This document shows, piece after piece, positions 20,579 to 29,736 of a stretch of 64,000 bases of DNA (the first letter of the stretch is position 1; each line of letters begins with the position of its first letter). Source of the DNA: an uncultured Verrucomicrobiae bacterium (GTDB taxonomy: Bacteria > Verrucomicrobiota > Verrucomicrobiia > Limisphaerales > JAFGQR01); NCBI GenBank assembly GCA_963788655.1, contig CAWBHS010000072.1, forward strand, positions 96,001-160,000. Direction: 5' to 3'. The notes beneath the pieces are model-generated. The model searched no databases, was not told the DNA's origin, and saw nothing but the letters and a program-made list of their open reading frames with translations. A program made the position numbers and the translations under genes.

Positions 20579-21550
20579 ATGATTACCTCGCGCCGTACCT
20601 TTCTGCGATACTGCTCGCTCAGCGCCGCCGCGCTCGGACTGAACACGGGCAAGTTGGGGCTGTTGCAAAACGCCCTGGCCAATCCCAATGGCCCCTCGGT
20701 GATCTGGTTGATTGGCAGTGCCTGCACCGGATGTTCCGTCTCTTTTCTCAACCGCATTTCCGACAAGGTGGGCGAACCCGCCACAGTGGCCGAAGTGCTG
20801 ACCGAAGCTGTGAACCTAGTGTTCCATCCCACCATTATGGGGGCGGCGGGAGAAACCTCGGTGGCGGCCCTCAAACGAGTGTACAACAGTGGCAATTATG
20901 TATTGGTGCTGGAAGGCGCCGTGCCGACCGCCTTCGGGGGCCATCCCTGTGTGGTGTACAGTTACAACGGGGTCGAAGTGACCTTCCAACAAGCGGTTCA
21001 GGAACTGTCGGCCCGGGCCAACGCCGTGGTTTGCGTGGGGACTTGTGCGTCCTTCGGCGGCATCCCGGCTTCCGGCTCCAACCCCACGAAAGCGATGAGT
21101 GTGCGGCAACTCACCGGTCGGCCGACCATCAACATTTCCGGCTGTCCAGCGAACCCGGACTGGGTGGTTTGGGCCATCGTGCAATTAATCCTCGGCGCCC
21201 CGGTGCCGCTCGATGAAGACGGACGCCCGATTGCCATTTACAGCACGGATCATCAAGGGGCGGCGGCGGAACCGTTCATTCATGACAAATGCCCGCGCAA
21301 TCCCGGCCTGCATGGCGTCCTGGAAGCCGAAAATTTCGGTGAACAAGGCCATTGTCTGCGCTATTTGGGGTGCCGGGGTCCGTTCACTAAATCTCGCTGC
21401 GAAGCGTCCTGGAACGGCATTGGCGGGAACACCTATCCCGATCCCCACCCCGGCAACTGGTGCATCGGAGTCAATGCTCCATGCCATGGTTGCGTGGAAA
21501 AAACGTTTCCCGGTCCGCAATCGTTTTCCGAAAACTACAATCCCGAATAA
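20579..21550 (+). CDS. [NiFe] hydrogenase small subunit, Tat-exported, group-1a-like, no C-terminal membrane anchor
   Basis: SRRTFL Tat signal; proximal CTGC / GTCASFGG / SGCP; distal HDKC..CL..LGC; medial C...WC..NAPCHGC (Cys where [3Fe-4S] enzymes have Pro). Confidence 0.93.
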   Translation: MITSRRTFLRYCSLSAAALGLNTGKLGLLQNALANPNGPSVIWLIGSACTGCSVSFLNRISDKVGEPATVAEVLTEAVNLVFHPTIMGAAGETSVAALKRVYNSGNYVLVLEGAVPTAFGGHPCVVYSYNGVEVTFQQAVQELSARANAVVCVGTCASFGGIPASGSNPTKAMSVRQLTGRPTINISGCPANPDWVVWAIVQLILGAPVPLDEDGRPIAIYSTDHQGAAAEPFIHDKCPRNPGLHGVLEAENFGEQGHCLRYLGCRGPFTKSRCEASWNGIGGNTYPDPHPGNWCIGVNAPCHGCVEKTFPGPQSFSENYNPE

Positions 21551-21568
21551 CCCCCAATTGAGAATCGT

Positions 21569-23034
21569 ATGCCAGTCATCACGGCAGCCATAGATCCGAT
21601 CACCCGCATCGAGGGTCACCTCAAAATCAACGTCAAGGTCGATACGGTGAACGGCGTCCAGCAAGTGGTCGATGCCTTTGCCATCGGCACGCTGTTTCGC
21701 GGTTTCGAAAAACTGCTCGAACAGCGCGATCCGCGGGATGCCACCATCATTACCTCGCGGATATGCGGGGTTTGCCCGAACGTCGCATGCGATGGCTGCG
21801 GCGCTGACGCTCGACCAGGCCTACGGCGTGAACGGCGACACTCTGCCGCGTAGCAATTCCCGGTTGTTGCGCAACTTGGTGCATGGGGCCTGCTACATCG
21901 AATCGGCCATCTTGCACTTTTACCTGCTTTCTCTGCCCGACTTTATTCAAGGGTTGCCGATGGCGCCCTGGCTGCCGGGTTGGGACGTCGGGCGGCGATT
22001 TGATCGCGACACGCAAAATCGCCTGACCGGTCATTTCCTCGAAGCCGTTACCATGCGCCGCAACGCGCACGAAATGGGCGCCATTTATGGGGGCAAATTG
22101 CCCCATACGCCTGGTTACATCATGGGCGGGTTTACGGCGGTTTCCACCCCGGAGAACAAAACCCTCTTCGGGCAATACTTGGACCAGATCATTGCCTTCG
22201 TCGAAAACACCCACATTCCCGATGCGGAATTGCTGGCGTCCCTTTACAGCGAATATCAGACACTCGGCCGGGGCTACGGCAATCTGCTGTCCTTTGGCGT
22301 GTTTCGAATTGGATAACGGGGCCGAACCGCAATTGCTGTTGCCCCGCGGTCGGGTGGAAAACGGTGGTTCAACGGTCCAACCGGTGGACGCGGGGCAAAT
22401 CACCGAACACGTACGCTATTCCTGGTACACCGACAGCGACAACGACAAGAATCCCACGGTGGCCGATACCGTGGCGCAGTATCCGAAAGGTGATGCTTAT
22501 TCGTGGTTGAAAGCGCCCCGTTACAACGGCCTGCCACACGAGTGCGGACCGCTGGCTCGCATGACGGTTTCCGGCGAGTACACCAACGGCATTTCCGCCA
22601 TGGACCGGCATTTGGCGCGGGCGCGCGAGACGCTCAAGATTGCCAAAGCGATGCGCGATTGGCTGGCGGCGGTGACCCCCGGTCAAGGCGGTTACACGCA
22701 TCGTGATGCGCCGGCTTCGGCCACAACGGCGGGATTGACCGAAGCGCCTCGCGGCGCGCTGGGCCACTGGCTGGAGGTAGCGGATGGAAAGATCGCTAAA
22801 TACCAAGTCATCACCCCCACCTGTTGGAATGTGTCACCCAAAGACAGCGCCCAACAGCGTGGTCCACTGGAACAGGCGTTGATCGGTGTGCCGGTCAACA
22901 ACGTGGATAAACCCATCGAAGTGCTGCGGATTGTCCATTCTTTCGATCCCTGCCTGGATTGCGCGACCCATGTCACGCGCGCCGAACCCGGCGCCCAAGT
23001 GTTTGCGCTGGGTGGCCTCCCTGCCAACGTCTGA
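21569..23034 (+). CDS. [NiFe] hydrogenase large subunit (two apparent frameshifts, ~21780 and ~22303)
   Basis: IDPITRIEGH, L1 RICGVC, YSWLKAPRY, EAPRGALGHW, PTCWN, L2 DPCLDCATH plus cleavable C-terminal tail; ORFs 21569-21853, 21672-22316, 22087-23034. Confidence 0.92.
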
Positions 23035-23045
23035 ATCCGCTGACA

Positions 23046-23548
23046 TGGATGATTCGCCGCGAATCCTGATTGCCGGAGTCGGCAACGTGTTGCTAACCGA
23101 CGACGGGATTGGTGTCCACGCCGCCCGGCAATTGCAGCAGGAGGATCTCACGGGAGTGGAAGTGGTTGAAATCGGTACGGCGATCCTTCACGGGTTGCAC
23201 TTCCTGGAAGGCGCCGACCGGGTTCTGATCATCGACGCCGCACGCGGAGGACAAGCTCCCGGCACGATCTATCGGTTCGACGCGGGCGAGCCGACCTCGC
23301 CCAACCAGTTGCTTTCCGTTCACGCCGTGGGCTTGCAGGAGGCGATCCGGCTGTTGCCACCCGAAGTCCCGCCGCCGGCCATTACCGTGTTGGGCGTTGA
23401 ACCGGAATCACTCGATTGCGGAATGAATTTGTCTCCGCGACTCCAACAAGTGCTGCCGCGCGTGGTTTTCCTGGCCCAGGAAACCGTTGCGGCCTGGAGG
23501 CTGGAAGCTTCGGAAGAATTGGCCAGTTTTGCCGGAACGCTCAGATGA
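23046..23548 (+). CDS. Hydrogenase maturation endopeptidase (HyaD/HybD family)
   Basis: ILIAGVGNVLLTDDGIG, IIDA, SVH, GVEP. Confidence 0.92.
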
Positions 23549-23583
23549 ACGCTCCATTTTCGCGACAACCAAAAAGAGTTGCT

Positions 23584-26500
23584 ATGAAGAATCGCTTGAA
23601 ATTCCTGTGCGCCGCGATGTTCGGCCTGGGGCTCGTTGGAACTGCGCCCGCCGCCACCACCGACGGGTCCGTGACCTTCACCGTTACACTTTACAATGCC
23701 GGCGGCAATTATCAGCCGCGACACGTCGATGCCGTGTGGGTGACCGATGACGCCGGGAACTTCATCAAGACCCTGCGCCGCGAAGGCTCGAACTGGTCCG
23801 GCGAAGGTACTCGTCACCTCGATCAATGGCAGGCCACCCGCAATGGCTCCCAAGTTATTGACGGCTACACCGGCGCGACCACCCGGAACTACGATCCGTT
23901 CACCGTCCAATGGAATTGCCGCGATGCGAACAACACGGTGGTGCCGGATGGGGTTTACAAGTTTTTCGTCGAGACGACGGATCGGAACGGCCAGGGTCCC
24001 TGGACTCAGGGTGGGATTGCCTTCACCAAGGGACCGGCACCCCAGACGATTTTTCCTCCCGATTTGCAGTATATTAAGGGGATGCGGCTCGAATACATGC
24101 CGGCGGGGCCGCTGCCACACGATGTGGCAGTGCTGGGGATCGAGCCGCTGGTCTTTGCCAAAAGCACTTTAGCCCGTCCTTATGTGATTGTGACCAACCT
24201 CACGACCACGCCGGACAGCTTCAATCTTTCATTGAGCAACTTGACAACGGGAACACTGATCCGCAATCAGACCGTCAATCTCGCAGCCAATGCCGGCCAA
24301 AGTATTCCCATGCTATGGGTCATTTCCACCACCCCGGTCGGCACTTATCTCCTTGAGGCCAGAGCAACCCCCATCGATGGCGAAACGAGTCTGGCGGACA
24401 ATGTTTTCACCGCCGAGGTAGCCATCCGGACGCCAACGCACGATGTCGGCATTACCGGAATCACTGCATCCGGCGTAATACCTCCGGACACGCTCACCAA
24501 TATCGAAGTGACCGCCAGCAATCTTGGTGATTACGCGGAAACCTTTGCGGTGACCCTGACCGATGTAACCACCTCCATCCTGATTGGTTCCAACCTCGTT
24601 TCCGGATTGGCGGCCGGCGGCGATTCAGTGCAAACCTTTCCTTGGGATACTGCCGGTTTGGCTCCGGGCTATCACACGCTGCGCGCGTCCGCTGCTTCGG
24701 TAACAGGGGAACTCGAATTAGCGAATAACGATTTTGAGCTGATGGTGCCGGTCGCCGCCAGTGTGCAAACGGTGCGACTGGTGCCGATGCAAAGTGTCTG
24801 GCGCTATAATGACACCGGCATTGACCTCACTCAGACGCCCTGGCGGGAACTTGCTTACTACGACACATTCTGGGCGCAAGGACCGGGCCCCTTGGGCTAC
24901 GGTGAACTCAGCGGGCTGAACACGGATACCCTGCAATTCGGTCCCGATTCGGATAACAAGTATCCGACCTACTATTTCCGGCAGACCTTTAACGCCGACT
25001 TCCTGCCGCTGGAATTAACCTTGCGCTTGCGCCGCGACGACGGTGCGGTCGTGTATCTCAACGGTGAGGAAATCGCGCGCGACAATATGCCGGACGGCCT
25101 CATTGCGTTCACCAATCTGGCAACCACGACCATCAGTGGCGCCGCGGAATTGGCCTATTATTCGTTCAGCGTGCCTGCCTCCAAGGTCCGGTCGGGTGCC
25201 AACGTGCTGGCGGTGGAAGTGCATCAAAGCACTCAGGACAGCCCCGACCTTTCCTTCGATTTGGAACTCGAAGCCGTCGTTCCGCAGATCCCCGCCCAGC
25301 ACGAGGTCGCTGCGGTGCAAGTCAGCCCGGTTGCCGATGCTCTGGCTGGCGATCTGATGCCGGTCGCCGTCACCATCACCAACCAGGGCAATATCACCGA
25401 GACGGTTATCGTCATCCTCCAAGACACCACCGCCGATCAGATTTTGGGAACCCAGTCGGTGGGTGATGTGGCGCCCAACTCTGCTGCCTCTGTCCAGTTC
25501 AATTGGCAAACCCTTGGCGCCACGGCCGGCGGCCATCAACTGGCTGCCTACACCGTGGTCAATGGCGTCACCAATCTGGCCGGCACCGCGACCGCCACCG
25601 CGACGATCAGCGGAACCGGCCTCGGGGCGAATGCCGTCAATGCCCTCGGAACCATTGGCGGTCGATGCACTGCGGTGGCCACTTCCGGTAATCACCTGTT
25701 ACTGGGAGCGGGGGCCGCGCTGGAAATTTTCGATAAGTCCACGCCCACCACCCCCGTCAAACTGGCCGCGCTCCGGCTGCCCGGAGTGATTGAAGATATT
25801 GTTGTCGCCGGCTCCGAAGCGTATGTCGCCTGCGGCAATGCGGGAGTTCAGATCGTGAATATTGCCACGCCGGCCAATCCCGTGTATCGCACCACCTTTG
25901 ATTCTTCCGGCCACGCGTACGGCCTGGCGGTTAGCGGCACGTACCTGTATGTCGCCGATGGCGCCAGCGGGTTGCGGATTCTGGACATTTCCAATCCGGC
26001 CTCGCCATCGATTGCCGGCTCGTATCACACGACTGGTCCGGCCCGCGCGGTCGCGGTGTCCGGCTCGACGGCTTACGTTGTCGATTTGCAGAATGGAGTG
26101 GTCGTGCTCAACGTCTCCAGCCCGCAATCGCCCACGCTTCTGGGGGCCAGCAGTGCCTTCGATGCGGGCCAGGCCCTGGCCGTTGCCGGGGCGAATGTTT
26201 ATGTTGTGGATGGCAACCGAATGCTCCACGTCATTGACGTTTCCACACCGAATACGCCCACGGCGGTGGCCAATTTCCTGTTGAGCGCGGTTGGACAAGC
26301 GGTGACACTGGACGGTTCCGTTTTGCACGTCGCGGCCGGCAACTCCGGTTTGTTGACCGTGGATGTGTCCACGCCGTCCGCGCCCGAGGAACTCACCCCG
26401 CAGGCCACGCCGGGTGAAGCCGCCGATGTCACCTTGGATGGCGCCTCCCTTTACCTGGCCGAAGGTTTCGCTGGCTTTCAAGTCTATGATGTTTCCTCAC

Positions 26501-27780
26501 CGACCGCTCCGTCACTCCAAGGTGAATTTGCTGAAGGCGTGCGGGCGGCAGACGTGGTGGTGGCGAATGGCAAAGCTTACGTGGGAGCCGGCGAGGCGGG
26601 ATTGCAGATTTATGATTTGGCCAATCCCGCTGCACCGGTCTTGCTCAGCCGGTTCACCGAGACCGCGAACGCTCGTTGTCTGGCCCTCGCTGGCAACATG
26701 GCGTGCGTCGGTGACAGCCAGTATGGATTGAAATTGGTGGACGTGGCCGATCCGGCTCATCCCGCCTTGCTCGGGACTTTGTTGAGCGCCGACTTGAGTT
26801 ACCTCCGCAGCATTGCCGCCGTCGGCACCCAGGTGATTGTCACGGACGGACGGAAGATTGGATTGGTGGATGCCTCCGATGCCGCGCATCCGGTGCTGAG
26901 TGATACTTACGATGCGCCTGCCTTTGCCTACGCGGTTGCGGTCGCCGGCTCGCACGCTTACGCCGCTTGTGGCAACGCCGGTTTGTTGATTCTCAACGTC
27001 GGGGCCAACAGTCTTTCCTTGGCCGGTTCGTACGACACTCCGGGTTTGGCCCAGGGAGTGGCCGTTGCCGGAACCACGGCGTTTGTGGCGGACGGAGGCA
27101 GCGGTTGGCTGACGTTGGATGTTACTGATCCGGCGGCGCCGGCGTTGCTCCAATCCTCGTCCAGTGAAGGACCGGTCCGCGACATTGCGGTTTCCGGCGT
27201 TCTGGCCGCCCTCGGCAGCGGGGCCAATTCGGCGCAACTGCTGGATGTCACCACTCCGGTCACGCCGGTGCCACAACAAGCCTTTGGACCGCTGGTGCAT
27301 GCCTTGCGGGTGGCTCTGAATGGTCAAGTAACCCTGACCGCCGAAGACGAAGCCGGTGTTGCCATCCTGGGCATGGTTGCCAATCCCGAGGATACCGACC
27401 ACGACGGTTTGCCCGACGACTGGGAAATGCTCATCGTCAACGCGAATCCCAATGATGCCATCACCGGTATTGAAGACGTGCTGCCGACCGATGACTTCGA
27501 CGGCGACTCGCTTTCCAATTACGCCGAATACCTCGCCGGCACATCTGCCACTGACCCAAGTTCCAAATTCATGGTGCAGGTCAACGGCGGCATTGGTGGA
27601 ACCGGCGCCAATCTGCAGTGGGACAGTGTTGCGGGTCGGATTTACACCATTTACCGGACCACCAACTTGGCGGATGGCTTCACCGAGTTGGACAACCATA
27701 TCCCCGCTACCCCGCCGCGGAACACCTATCCGCTCAGCGCCGGCGGCGGCACCGCGTTTTACATCATCAGCGTACGGTAA
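23584..27780 (+). CDS. Large secreted protein: DUF2271 (flavinylation motif) + CARDB/Ig-like repeats + jelly-roll domain + LVIVD beta-propeller repeats + Ca-binding/C-terminal module
   Basis: Sec signal MKNRLKFLCAAMFGLGLVGTAPA; AVWVTD..GNFIKTL...W......VIDGYTGAT...WN..D....VPDG.Y (DUF2271); three HDV/HEV-initiated Ig-like units; RDDGAVVYLNG..NVLAVEVHQ; repeated Y.A.G..GL.I.D.S.P..P; DTDHDGLPDDWE and DFDGDSLSNYAEY.AGT. Confidence 0.85.
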   Translation: MKNRLKFLCAAMFGLGLVGTAPAATTDGSVTFTVTLYNAGGNYQPRHVDAVWVTDDAGNFIKTLRREGSNWSGEGTRHLDQWQATRNGSQVIDGYTGATTRNYDPFTVQWNCRDANNTVVPDGVYKFFVETTDRNGQGPWTQGGIAFTKGPAPQTIFPPDLQYIKGMRLEYMPAGPLPHDVAVLGIEPLVFAKSTLARPYVIVTNLTTTPDSFNLSLSNLTTGTLIRNQTVNLAANAGQSIPMLWVISTTPVGTYLLEARATPIDGETSLADNVFTAEVAIRTPTHDVGITGITASGVIPPDTLTNIEVTASNLGDYAETFAVTLTDVTTSILIGSNLVSGLAAGGDSVQTFPWDTAGLAPGYHTLRASAASVTGELELANNDFELMVPVAASVQTVRLVPMQSVWRYNDTGIDLTQTPWRELAYYDTFWAQGPGPLGYGELSGLNTDTLQFGPDSDNKYPTYYFRQTFNADFLPLELTLRLRRDDGAVVYLNGEEIARDNMPDGLIAFTNLATTTISGAAELAYYSFSVPASKVRSGANVLAVEVHQSTQDSPDLSFDLELEAVVPQIPAQHEVAAVQVSPVADALAGDLMPVAVTITNQGNITETVIVILQDTTADQILGTQSVGDVAPNSAASVQFNWQTLGATAGGHQLAAYTVVNGVTNLAGTATATATISGTGLGANAVNALGTIGGRCTAVATSGNHLLLGAGAALEIFDKSTPTTPVKLAALRLPGVIEDIVVAGSEAYVACGNAGVQIVNIATPANPVYRTTFDSSGHAYGLAVSGTYLYVADGASGLRILDISNPASPSIAGSYHTTGPARAVAVSGSTAYVVDLQNGVVVLNVSSPQSPTLLGASSAFDAGQALAVAGANVYVVDGNRMLHVIDVSTPNTPTAVANFLLSAVGQAVTLDGSVLHVAAGNSGLLTVDVSTPSAPEELTPQATPGEAADVTLDGASLYLAEGFAGFQVYDVSSPTAPSLQGEFAEGVRAADVVVANGKAYVGAGEAGLQIYDLANPAAPVLLSRFTETANARCLALAGNMACVGDSQYGLKLVDVADPAHPALLGTLLSADLSYLRSIAAVGTQVIVTDGRKIGLVDASDAAHPVLSDTYDAPAFAYAVAVAGSHAYAACGNAGLLILNVGANSLSLAGSYDTPGLAQGVAVAGTTAFVADGGSGWLTLDVTDPAAPALLQSSSSEGPVRDIAVSGVLAALGSGANSAQLLDVTTPVTPVPQQAFGPLVHALRVALNGQVTLTAEDEAGVAILGMVANPEDTDHDGLPDDWEMLIVNANPNDAITGIEDVLPTDDFDGDSLSNYAEYLAGTSATDPSSKFMVQVNGGIGGTGANLQWDSVAGRIYTIYRTTNLADGFTELDNHIPATPPRNTYPLSAGGGTAFYIISVR

Positions 27781-27947
27781 CCAACGGCGCGGTTGAGGTC
27801 GTAACCAACGGTAAGGCGGGCGCGGGCAGTCCTCTGCGCGTGGCGGACATGAAGAACTCGTGGATGCATTGCTTTTTCCGGCACAGAACATCCAGCAAGG
27901 GTTGTATGTGATTATTGTCGGCTAAGTGGAGACGCTACAGAGAAGTA

Positions 27948-27973
27948 TGGGCTCGACGGAGTCTCGCCCTACC
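27948..27973 (-). repeat. GTAG-type REP-like palindrome
   Basis: GGGCTCGACGGAGTCTCGCCCTAC, i.e. GTAGGGCGAGACTCCGTCGAGCCC on the - strand. Confidence 0.55.
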
Positions 27974-28125
27974 GGGATTAATTTGCAAACGCGGCGAACA
28001 AAGCGCGCATCTCCTCCTCGACTTGCTCGGGATGCGCCAGGATCCGATGCCAAGATGGCCGCGCGTTCAGGATCCCGCCCATCACCGGTCTTGCGGCCGG
28101 AATATTGCTGGGCTAGGCTGGCGGT

Positions 28126-29536
28126 ATGAAGATTTGGGCGGCGTTATTCTTGACACTGATTACGTTCGGTAGGGCAGGGGAGTCCACGCCCGCGTTGTCC
28201 ATGCCGGCCTAAAAAGGTTTTTATCCTGCCCATTCGTCAGGACATCGATCCGCCGTTGCTTTACTTGGTTCGCCGCGGGGTGAAGGAAGCAATGGAAGCG
28301 CATGCTGGCTTGTTGGTCGTTGATATGGAAACCAACGGTGGGCGTTTGGATACTTGCCGGGAGATCATGGCCATCCTCGGTCAGTTCCCGGGTGAGACGG
28401 TCACTTACGTGAACAAAGATGCTTTTTCGGCCGGTGCGTTCATCGCCGTGGCGACCCAGCACATTTATATGGCGCCGGGGAGCGTGATCGGCGCCGCTGC
28501 CCCGATCATGTTAAGTCCTGGCGGCGAAGGCGTCATGAATGTGCCCGAGACGTACGAGAAGAAAATGATTTCCGCCGTGCGCGCCATGATCCGGACCGTG
28601 GCCGAGAAGAACGGGTATAACGTCGATGTCCTCGAAGCCATGATTGACAAGGACAAGGGCCTGACCGTTGACGGCCAGGTTATCCTCAAAGAAGGCAATT
28701 TGCTCACTCTGACCAACACCGAGGCCGAGAAGGAATACGGCAAACCACCCAAACCGCTGCTCTCTTCCGGCACGGTGGCCAGCCTGGACAAACTGCTCGA
28801 CAAGCTTGGCTACGCGAACGCCGAACGCCATGAGATCAAGACGACCGGCATGGAGGACGTGGGATTCTGGCTCAACAAGATTGCGCCGATCTTGCTCATC
28901 ATCGGCATTGTTGGGTTCTATGTCGAATTCAAGACGCCGGGCTTTGGTATCGCCGGGATCATCGGGATCATCGCCCTGGCGCTTTACTTTTCCGGCAGCT
29001 ACCTGGCGGGGCTTTCCGGGATGGAATGGGTGCTGGTGTTTGGGCTCGGCATCGTGCTGGTGATCCTGGAGTTGTTCGTTTTTCCAGGCACCATTGCGTT
29101 GGGCCTGGGTGGGGCGGCCTTGATGTTGGTGGCCATCATCATGGCCGGCGTGGACATTTATCCGGGCGAGCCAACCATTCCGTCACTGCCGAAGTTCACG
29201 AATTCAATGCACAATTTGACCATCGCCATCGTCTTCTCGCTGATTATTATCCTGATCCTGAGTCGGCTCCTGCCGCGCACCCCGCTCTACAAGGTGCTCG
29301 TCTCGGAAGGTGCCAGCGGCGTGCGCTCCGAAGCACAGCAACAGCAGGAGCGTAGCGTATTGCTCGGCCAAGTCGGCGTCGCCGTCTCCAACCTTCGCCC
29401 CGGGGGCAAAGGGCAGTTCGGAGACCAAATTATCGACGTGATTTCGCAGGGCGATCTGGTGGACAAAGGCACGCGCGTTCGCATAATCGACTTCAGTGCC
29501 CGCGAGGCGATCGTCGAGGTCGTCTCGGAAGGGTGA
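28126..29536 (+). CDS. nfeD: NfeD-family membrane-bound ClpP-like serine protease (frameshift near 28210)
   Basis: Signal MKIWAALFLTLITFG at 28126, then +1 frame KKVFILPI..DI; T.GG, AFSAGAFIA, IGAAAP, EFKTPGFG, C-terminal OB fold LRPGGK. Confidence 0.85.
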
Positions 29537-29736
29537 TTTTACGTTCGGGCTGCTCGGTAACAAGGAGGAAGCCGATGGCCGCTCGATTGTCGGAAGAGAA
29601 ATCCGGTGCTGGCTAAAACCGAAATCCGAAGCGGACGCTGCCTTTGCGTTTCTTCGAGTTTATTGCGGCTGGATTGCTCCTTTCGGAGTGCAATTTTCGA
29701 TTTGCAGTCTTGGGTGGTTCTTCCGCACCTTCCGGC

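Noticed and set aside
22940..22975. [NiFeSe] hydrogenase (Sec in L2)
   Set aside because: The codon after DP is TGC (Cys), not TGA
26512..27891. Long antisense ORFs (also 40967-42325, 38624-39868, 12349-13392)
   Set aside because: Shadow ORFs opposite well-supported genes, expected at high GC
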